Positions 51,335-61,194 of a stretch of 64,000 bases of DNA are shown here, piece after piece. Location of the stretch: contig CATNEN010000038.1 of assembly GCA_950097015.1 (NCBI GenBank), positions 10,044,001 to 10,108,000 on the forward strand, in the 5' to 3' direction. The number at the start of each line of letters is the position of its first letter. Within the stretch, counting starts at the first letter, position 1. Under the pieces are notes generated by a model. That model did not search any database. It was given only the letters and a program-made list of their open reading frames with translations, and was not told the origin of the DNA. Position numbers and translations under genes: made by a program. This DNA is from Macrostomum hystrix. Its lineage: Eukaryota > Animalia > Platyhelminthes.

Positions 51335-52235
51335 TTTACCCCCCAAATATATCTACAGACTGGGTTCCACCACCAAATGAATCTACAGACTGGGTTCTAC
51401 CACCAAATTTATCTACAGACTTGGTTCTACCACCAAATATATCTACAGACTGGGTTCTACCACCAAATATATCTACAGACTGGGTTCTACCACCAAATAT
51501 ATCTACAGACTGGGTTCTACCACCAAATTTATCTACAGACTGGGTTCTACCACCAAATTTATCTACAGACTGGGTTCTACCAGTAAATTTATCTACAGAC
51601 TGGGTTCTACCAGTAAATTTATCTACAGACTGGGTTCTACCACCAAATTTATCTACAGACTGGGTTCTACCCCCCAATTTATCTACAGAATGGGTTCTAC
51701 CCCCCCAATTTATCCACAGACTGGGTTCTACCACCAAATTTATCTACAGACTGGGTTCTACCAGTAATTTATCTACAGACTGGGTTCTACCCCAAATTTA
51801 TCTATAATTTATCTGGGTTCTACCACCAATTTATCTACAGAATGGGTTCTACCCCCCCAATTTATCTACAGACTGGGTTCTACCACCAATTTATCTACAG
51901 AATGGGTTCTACCCCCCCCAAATGTATCTACAGACTGGGTTCTACCCCCACAAATTTATATACACACTGGGTTCTATTCCCCAAATTGATCTACAGACTG
52001 GGTTCTACCACCAAATATATCTACAGACTGGGTTCTACCACCAAATTATCTACAGACTGGGTTCTACCCCGACATTGATCTACAGACTGTGTTTTAACCC
52101 AAGATGAATCTACAGACTGTGTTCTACCCCCGGACAAATCTACAGATTGTGTTCTACCCCGGATAAATCAACAGACTGTGTTCTACCCACCGAGATGAAT
52201 CCACAGACTGTCTTCTAGTCCACAATCTACAGACA
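51335..52235. repeat. Minisatellite, ~30-bp unit tatctacagactgggttctaccaccaaatt
   Basis: Begins about 14 nt beyond the Kelch gene stop codon. Confidence 0.93.
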
Positions 52236-52248
52236 GCATTTTACGCCT

Positions 52249-55200
52249 TCAGGCCAGGCGCAGGATCTCGGCGGAGTCGAGGAACACGCGGCCGGAGAAG
52301 CCGCCCAGAGCCAGCAGCGAGTCGCTGCTAAGGGGCAGGAGGCCGAGGCCGGCCCGTGGCACGGCCAATTGTGCGGCGGCCAGCGCCGACGATGTCAGCG
52401 GAGTTCTAGCCACCGCGGCCAGATTCTCGCAGCTAGATAGGGCCGGCTGGTGACCGTCGGAGCCGCCCACAATCCAGAGATCGGCGGAGCTCAGCGATGC
52501 CATGGCGGCGCCTCGCCTAGGACAGGCCAGCGACAGCAGCTGGGACGGGATTGCGTTGTCATTGTCGAGATCATCCTCGTTATGGCTGCTATTGACGACG
52601 TCGAAAGCCGAAGTTTTTGGCGCCGAATTCCAGCAACGCGTGCGCGGATCCCAGATCTCCAAGCTGGACAGGCAGCCGCCGCTCCAGCCGCCGCTGCCGC
52701 CGGCGACCCAGAGCTGGCCCTTGAAATTCAGCATTGGCTAAGTGGTTAGTACGGACAAGCTGCCTGGTAAATCTCAGCAGATGAGGCAACGGATCTAAGC
52801 TCGTAATTATATATTCTATAATCTCACAAACAGCATTGTTGAATTATGTCCACATTGTGAGAAAAAGTAGAGACGTTTATCTGAAAATTTCCGAAAAAAA
52901 AGATACTAACTTAAAGGAACCAACCAGAGAAATATTTGTAGGAGAATTTGAATCTAAAATTTTATTGCGTTTTGATAATCTTCATTATTATTTTTTGCAG
53001 AAGGGCTGGGGGGCAGTGGCAAATCATTTGGTGACACTGGACCCGCAGCCAGCGGGGAGGCAATTCTGCCCATTTCGCTGAATCCTGAGCACACACGCAC
53101 ACGGATACTGTACGCAGGCACACGCTCACACAGGTGTGTACATCTGCCCTGACTTTCTCATCGTCAGGTAGTGTATACACTGCCACTGTGCCTTGGAGTT
53201 AGCCCAAATAAATGTGGCCTCGCCGCGGAATCGAACTTAGGGACCATTGTGCGAGAGGCTGCCACCGAGCCCCCCACCCAATATGGGAATCTTAAGAAAG
53301 GAGTAAATTTTCAATAATTTGGGGCATTTAGGAAATCCAAAACAAATAAGTAAATCGAACCTTAAAATTTCCTTTTTCCTAGGTGATTTCCATCTGCTAT
53401 TTAAATTTAGAAAAATCAAAAAAGAGGAAATCTGCAAAAGTCGCACCTGATAAGCAGACATGCAGCATTCGTTGCGCGGCACGGCCATTGCGGGCATGGC
53501 CTGCCAGCGACCGACTCGCGGGTCCAAAAATTCGGCGTGCCGCACCGAAACAGCGCCGGAGCGGCCGCCGACAGCGTAGATGACGCCGTTCAATTCGGCG
53601 ACGGCGCAGCCGCTGCGGGCGTGCGACATTGTCGGCCCGGCAAGCCACTTAGTGCCTTCAAACTCCTCGACCTGGTTTAGCGAGTTATCGATTTGGTTTG
53701 AGTTTGAGTAAATGGATTTGCGGAAGCAAGAGTAAATCTAATCGTGGAAACACCAGTGAGAGGAAATCCAATTGGGTAACGCCAGCGAGAGCGAATCCGA
53801 CTGGGGAAGCCCTGGGAGAGGAAATCCGATTGAGGAAACCCCTTGGATAGGAAATCCGATTGGGGAACCCCTGGGAGAGGAAATCCGATTGGGGAATCCT
53901 TGGGAGAGGAAATCCGATAGGGGAAACCCCTGGGAGAGGAAATCCGATTGGGTAACGCCAGCGAGAGCGAATCCGATTGGGGAAGCCCTGGGAGAGGAAA
54001 TCCGATTGAGGAAACCCCTTGGATAGGAAATCCGATTGGGTAAACCCCTGGGAGAGGAAATCCGATAAGGGAATCCCTGGGAGAGGAAATCCGATTGGGA
54101 AAACCCCTGGGAAAGGAAATCCGATTGGGGAACCCCTGAGAGAGGAAATACGATCGGGGAAACCTTAAGGAGGGGTAATCAAATTGTGAAAACCCCAGGA
54201 AGAGCGAATCTGATTAAGGAACCAAATGGAGAGGAAATCCGATTTGGGGAAACCCTAAGGATCTAACCGTGGCTAATTCGCAGACACCGTCAGAGCCGCC
54301 GCAGGCGAAGACTCTGCAGAAGCCACCGTCGTTGGCCACGGCAGCCGCAGCGAATCGACTCCTTGGTCCGGTGGCCAAATCCGGCCCGGATCGCCAGGCG
54401 ACGGACTCCGGGCTGTAGATTTCGCAGCTGCGCAGGCACTGACCACGATTGTAGCCGCCGACAACCAGCAGCGGCGGCTGGCCCCAATCGGCCAGGGGGC
54501 CAGGATTGGCCAAAAGGCGCACAGCTCCAAACGCGGCCCTGGGCGAGAGCATGTAAGGAAAATGTTCGCCGCTTTCGCTGCTGTGAAACGAAACGCAGCT
54601 GCTCTGGGCTGACGAGCGACGCCTCACGCGGCAATGCTCGCGCAGCAGCGGATCCTCGGCCACCGGCAGCTGACAGACGCTCATTAAGCACAGGGCCGGG
54701 CCAAGCCTTACTAGAAGTAGTAAACAGCTGGCTGCCCCGGGTTGATGCTGCTGGTTGAGAACTGCCAGCAACCGGGAAGGCAGCTGCGTTGATAACCGCT
54801 GGCAGTTGCTCTGTGTGCGAATTTTATGCCGAGAATTAGGATCTTGTCTCTCCCATGCCTCATATCTCCCACATCGTATCTCTCTTGTCTCATCTCTCCC
54901 CAGTTGTGATCTCTCCAGTGTCTTATCTCCTATTGTCTCATCGCTCCCATGTCGCATATTTTCCTTGCATTGTCTTTCCGCTGTAATCTCTGTCCTGGAT
55001 TATCTCTCCCCGGTCTCATGCCTCTATACGAGTATACCTTTAAAAAACCTAGGCCAGGAAAGCTTTTTATATTCCCTACTTTTAGTAATACAGAAAGCAA
55101 ATACTCACCCCAATCTTAGCCTGCCTTCGACGCGAGTCAATATAGTCTCTCATCTGCGGCAGATGATTGGCTAGCTCCAGTGTCGCTTCCTCGACATTAG

Positions 55201-58200
55201 ACGCCGCCTCATCCGACGCTGCAGCCGTGGCAGTGGCCGCCTCAGCAACCGCGGCCGCTAACTGTCGCTGATCACAGTCGACAACAGACGAACCGTCTGG
55301 CAACAGGTAGAGCAACTGCACCTGGCTAGCTATCTGGCTAAGCAGTCGCTGGGCCAGCGCCGTCTGACAGAATTCCGCACTAACTGAGCTGCCATTCCCT
55401 CCATGCTCGCCGTTCTCGTCCGACCCAGTCGCTGACGGAGTCGGCCTATGATTGTCGTCGCTGGAGTCTGTATCCTCGCCGTAAGACGCGTCGGAATCCG
55501 ACGATGCGCCGGCGCGTCCGCAGTGACGGCGTTCGCGACTGTCTAGGATTAGGCGGTGAAGGACGCGAGCGAACCAGTCACGCAGGAGGTCACCGATGGA
55601 GGCTGCGCTAACCGATATCTGGGAGCCAACTGTGGGAATACGTGGGGGTGCATTACTGGTGGCCGTTCGTTAAAAGTTTTTGTGCGTGTGGATAGTTGGT
55701 GGCTGTGTGTGGATAGTTGGTGGCTATGTGTGGATAGCTGGTTGCTGTGTGTGGATAGTTGGTGGCTGTGTGTGTATAGTTGGTGGCTGTGTGTGGATAG
55801 CTGGTTGCTGTGTGTGGATAGTTGGTGGCTGTGTGTGTATAGTTGGTGGCTGTGTGTGGATACTTGGTGGCTGTGTGTGTATAGTTGGTGGCTGTGTGTG
55901 GATACTTGGTGGCTGTGTGTGGATAGCTGGTGGCTGTGTGTGGATACTTGGTGGCTGTGTGTGGATACTTGGTGGCTGTGTGTGGATACTTGGTGGCTGT
56001 GTGTGGATAGCTGGTGGCTGTGTGTGGATAGTTGGTGGCTGTGTGTGGATACTTGGTGGCTGTGTGTGGATAGTTGGTGGCTGTGTGTGGATACTTGGTG
56101 GCTGTGTGTGGATAGCTGGTGGCTGTGTGTGGATAGTAGTTGGTTGCTGTGTGTGGATAGTTGGTGGCTGTGTGTGGATAGTTGGTGGCTGTGTGTGGAT
56201 AGTTGGTGGCTGTGTGTGTATAGTTGGTGGCTGTGTGTGTATAGTTGGTGGCTGTGTGTGGATACTTGGTGGCTGTGTGTGTATAGTTGGTGGCTGTGCG
56301 TGGATAGTTGGTGGCTGTGTGTGGATAGCTGGTGGCTGTGTGTGGATAGTTGGTTGCTGTGTGTTGGTGGCTGTGTGTGTATAGTTGGTGGCTGTGTGTG
56401 GATAGTTGGTGGCTGTGTGTGGATAGTTGGTGGCTGTGTGTGGATAGTTGGTGGCTGTGTGTGTATAGTTGGTGGCTGTGTGTGTATAGTTGGTGGCTGT
56501 GTGTGGATACTTGGTGGCTGTGTGTGTATAGTTGGTGGCTGTGCGTGGATAGTTGGTGGCTGTGTGTGGATAGCTGGTGGCTGTGTGTGGATAGTTGGTT
56601 GCTGTGTGTTGGTGGCTGTGTGTGTATAGTTGGTGGCTGTGTGTGGATAGTTGGTGGCTGTGTGTGTATAGTTGGTGGCTGTGCGTGGATAGTTGGTGGC
56701 TGTGCGTGGATAGCTGGTGGCTGTGTGTGGATAGCTGGTGGCTGTGTGTGGATAGTTGGTTGCTGTGTGTGGATAGCTGGTGGCTGTGTGTGGATAGCTG
56801 GTGGCTGTGTGTGGATAGTTGGTTGCTGTGTGTGGATAGTTGGTGGCTGTGTGTGGATAGTTGGTGGCTGTGTGTGTATAGTTGGTGGCTGTGCGTGGAT
56901 AGTTGGTGGCTGTGTGTGGATAGTTGGTGGCTGTGTTGATCAATAATAATAATATTTCGTATTTGCAAAAGGGCTGTGTTGGCAATGGCAAAACATGGTC
57001 GGTGACTGTGTTAATTTCAGTTGTTATTATATTCAATCGTGACGGGCAGAGCTAGAAAAGACAGGAATAAAATGAGTGTCAGCACCTTTAGCGTGAAGTT
57101 GCGATAAACGCAAGCATTAGATAGGCACTAGACGCTATTTGTAGCAACCCTTATAATTGTTATAAAGAGGGTGCAAAGACTAAAGAATTATTTATGTAGC
57201 TAAAAGAATTGACAGTTGAAAACAAAAGCCAGCGAAGCCATTTTGCGTAAACTAGCGCGCAAGTTGTTTTGCACTTGAACATTTTTGTTTAATTCTTAGA
57301 AATTATTGCTACTGGCGAACAAATTCTAATTTTTAAGCATTTCTGGTCGAGCTGGCCCCACTTACCTAACAGGTCCACTTTAATCCTGGGCAGTGGGCAG
57401 TCCGCTAAATCCAAAATCTCGGTTAGGTTGCGCACAATGTACTCGTCAATGCCGTCCATCAGGCCGTCCGAGTCCGTCACCTGGGAGCGAAGCTCTGCGG
57501 AGCACAGAAGTACATGATACTGGGGATTATTTACAACTGCTGAGTTTCTTATTATCAGCGAAGGGTTTCAAGATCTGGGAGAACTTTAGTACGCTACGCT
57601 ATCATTTGAGGATCTGTAGAGAATCTAAAATTAGATGAGGATTTAAAGATCTGGGAGAAATAGCATAAAATGAGGATTTGAGGATATGAGAGAATATGTA
57701 TTAAATAGGTACTAAAGGATCTAAAATAACTTTAATAAGGATTAAAGGATTTTGGGAGAACTGATATTAGATGAAGATTTAAGGATTTGGGAGAACAGGT
57801 ATTAGTTGGGGATTCAAGGATCTAGGAGAACAGGTATTAAATGGGGATTTGAGGATCTGGGAGAACAGGTATTAGATGGGGATTTGAGGATCTGGGAGAA
57901 CTGATATTAGATAAGGACTGTCGCAGGTTTTAAAGGATATGGGCCAGTTGACTCACCGAGAGCATTGCGGGGTCGCAAGCTGGCGAGTAGCGCATTAGCG
58001 CACAGCTTGGACAGTGCAGGTAGCCGCAGGTAGCTGGCCGTTGAATGCAGCTGGGCTAGCGCCAGTGGCTCATTGGAGTCGGCAGCTGGCAGGGAGCCGG
58101 TGTACATGAAGTGCAGAGCACGGCCAAATGCCTCCGGGGTCACGTGACGAGGCAGGCTGAACCTGCCGCAGTTTTTCTCCTCGGTCAGCAAGCGCATAAA

Positions 58201-58362
58201 GTGAGGTGAGGCGGCTGCCAACACACACTTGTGTGCCATGAAGCAGCGTCCATGGCAACATACTTCGACGTCGCAAAATAGTCCCTCTTCGCGAAGTTTG
58301 ACCAGCTTGGCCAAGTGTTCTGGCATGCTGAAGTCTGATGACATTCGGATTTGCTCGTCCAT
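52249..58362 (-). CDS. IVNS1ABP: BTB-BACK-Kelch protein, influenza NS1A-binding protein (NS1-BP) homolog, ~764 aa
   Basis: Exons 58362-57957 (BTB: LFCDV..FMAHKCVLAAASPHF..FMYTG), 57494-57366, 55629-55109, 54810-54268, 53671-53447 and 52719-52249, phase-compatible (1,1,0,0,0). Segments IDEYIVRNL..LPRIKVDLL, VQLLYL..D and GGYNRGQCLRSCEIYSP resemble NS1-BP. Six GG-containing Kelch blades. Confidence 0.85.
52996..53275 (-). mobile_element. SINE family A copy in Kelch intron 5
   Basis: High identity to 340-643 (gcaattctgcccatttcgctga..cacacgctcacacaggtgtgtacatctgccctgactttctcatcg..gcggaatcgaact). Confidence 0.85.
53750..54260. repeat. Intronic minisatellite, ~29-30-bp gagaggaaatccgattggggaaacccctgg
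   Basis: Fills Kelch intron 4 (53672-54267). Confidence 0.9.
55685..56935. repeat. Intronic minisatellite, 21-bp gtgtgtggatagttggtggct (~59 copies)
   Basis: Kelch intron 2 (55630-57365). Confidence 0.95.
57570..57915. repeat. Degenerate intronic minisatellite, ~35-bp gatttgaggatctgggagaacaggtattagatggg
   Basis: Kelch intron 1 (57495-57956). Confidence 0.8.
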
Positions 58363-60875
58363 CTGGTCTCTTAATCCTACACTTCTCTGAACTCTGATTG
58401 CTCAGGACTGTGAGAAACTGAGAATAACCTGCAACGACTGAAATAAATGAATGAATTAAATCAATAGCAATCTAAAATTAAGTACAATTAGGACAATTGA
58501 ACAATAACAAGTAGCTTGAACAAAATCTAGGTTTATTAAATATAGTCAATCAAATTTAATCTAGGGAAAGTCAGAAAAAATTTTAATCTAGCTATAGATT
58601 AAGTACTCTAAACTGTTGGTTCATAATATATTTTTAACATTTCCTCTCAAATTATTTAATTATTATTAATTATTAACAGACATTTTAGAAAACATGCCAT
58701 TGCATGTTGATAAACTATAACAAAAGATCTTTATAGTATTGTCAAAAATTATAATTTTACAGGTCTAAAAATTAAAATAAATGTATAAATCAAGGACCAC
58801 TAGAAATAGAAAACAACCACTAGAATGATAACTATTTGCAAAATAAGTACAGAAATTCCACTAACCAAATTTGTCATAACGTGTGCACGGAATTAAGCTG
58901 AAATCTAACTTGTCATATGAATATGATGATTTAGAATTAACCATTTCGACTGTAAGTTCTGTAATTAGTAGGCCTACCCTAACTAATATAGGTCTATATA
59001 TATACTAAAATAGGAATCCAACACCCAACAGCCAACACTATGATTCATGAAAATTATGCAAATGATAGTAACAACTAGATTTTAGCAATTAAGCTCATGT
59101 TTTGATAATTTTAGTAAATACAGGCTTCAGTGATTGCTCATAAACTAGACAAAAGCATACTAGGACTTCGTTTTAACTGTTTCTAAAAAACTGAGCAAAC
59201 TTGTATCAACAACTTTACAGAGACATTTTCAAAAAGGTACAGGTAAGCTACCATCTCTAAATGGACTCCCATCCCATCCTAAATGTCTTTACATTCTAGT
59301 GGGTGGTGGACTCCCTATAGGGGCCTAGTAGTAGAACTTACTATCTAGTGCACTAGGGCTTATAATATTTAATATTCCACTGAATACCACCAAAGTTGTT
59401 CTAGGCCTCTTTTCTTATACACTTTATTTAAGTACTGTCTTAATGTCAATCTTATGAATGTCTTTAATTATTCGCTTTATGCACTCTTATTTCAATTCAA
59501 ATTGGTAGGCCCCCTAGCGTTTATATATTCAATATGGTAGCGTTATACTTTCAATATGGCCGGTATCTATTTTTTGAACGACCAGACCAAGTTATAAGTA
59601 ACAAAGCTGCTTGAAACAATTAGTGGCGAATAAGAGTTACATCAAGATCTATTAGAAAAGTTGTTTTCCATTTGTGGCGAACGAGTTAAAAAAAAGTGGG
59701 TTTATAGCGAGTCGCTAGTGAAACGTGAGTCCTCTATATTCACTTCTACTTATAACTTTACTGTATTATTTCTATAAGTATTATTTTATTGGTCTTTATC
59801 CGTTTTTATCAGTCTTTTATCAGTCTTTATCCGTCTTTATCTGTCTTTATCAGTCTTTAACACTGCTTATTTCAATCTTCAATTCAATCTTCAGTTCAAT
59901 CTTCAGTTCAACCTTCAGTCCGTCCTTGGGCTTTACCAGTGGATCTAGATATACAGCTTTTTCTTCACTCTATTTACTTCTCTTTCGCAATTCTCTTTCT
60001 CAAATAACTTTAACACGAACACTTCAAGATTCAAGCTTTCTCAATCTGAACTCCTTTTCAACCGAGGTTGTCCGAGTTGGTTTTTCTCTCTTTGCTTCGT
60101 GTGTATTTATACTAAGCAGAGTACCTAAAATACCTAAAATTATAGCTTCAGTTTGACAGTCTGCCGCAAATGTACATTCAAGGCATTCAAAGCATGCGAT
60201 ACATGTGATGTACGTAGTCACATAGGTAAACTGCGACAACAAATACCAAAGCTGAAAACACGGCTCCGGCAAGTTATGGAGGCACAAACTTTTCACGATA
60301 GACGTCATACCTATAAGCACTCATTTCTTAGGTGTTTAGAAAAAAGGTACTTTACAAATTGGTACTTGAACATGTCTTTTTACTAAGGTAGCATGGGACA
60401 TGCGTCAAGATGTGTCACGGTCACAACACTCATTTGTTTAATGTCAGGAAATAGGATCATATGATACTGAAACTGTCACTGATACAACTTGCCTTCTTGT
60501 GGTGTTAAGGACATAAATTAAGGACTCAGGCTTGCAAATACGAATAAGAATGAAAAGCTAACTGCATAGCTGCCAGCAGACAGCAGTAAAAATATTGGAT
60601 CTGCAGACATTCCAAAAAAGTACTGCAGTATTAGTCAGCATATCGCATTGGTATGGAGTCCCCGACTCCCCGTACAACAATCGGACGTCGGCTGACTCTC
60701 CCGACGTAACGGACGCAGCGACGAAACGAAAAATGCGCAAAGACGTACAAAAACTTGACGAAAAAAGTCCAAATTACTAGACGCAGAATCAGCGAATGAA
60801 CGTCGGTGCAATCTAAAAGTTCCCATTGTTAAATTTGTTAAATAATTGTTTTTAATAGTGAGAAATCATTAAAAC

Positions 60876-61194
60876 AATAATAATAATAATAATAATAATA
60901 ATTGATTACACCTGCCCTAATCGGGTCAGATGTGCAGCCGACAGCACAGCCGCAGCTATTGCGCGCGGCGCATCTGAAGGCTGCGTACGGCTATTCAGTC
61001 TATGGACTGGGGGGACGCCACACCCACCTTCAATTATCCCAGCTAATGCTGGTACCCATTTAACAGCTGGGTGAACTGAAGTAATGCGGAGTTAAGTGTC
61101 TTGCTAAAGGACACAAATTGTTTAAGTGGAGACGGGAATCGAACCCCCGACCTACAAGTCGTGAGTCCGACGCCCTAACCACTAGGCTACAACC
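60876..61194 (-). mobile_element. tRNA-derived CORE-like SINE family B, full length
   Basis: Minus strand: TGTAGCCTAGTGGTTAGGGCGTCGG..GGTTCGATTCCC (A and B boxes), then GTGTCCTTTAGCAAGACACTTAAC..TCAGTTCACCCAGCTGTTAAATGGG (MIR/CORE-like), and an (ATT)n tail. Confidence 0.85.

Noticed and set aside
55549-57036. 495-aa and 414-aa His/Thr/Pro-rich ORFs
   Set aside because: Translation of the 21-bp array inside Kelch intron 2.
61120-61194. tRNA gene-like sequences (also 570-643 and 45230-45299)
   Set aside because: They are SINE heads: fused to a shared body and (ATT)n tail, with no clean acceptor stem.
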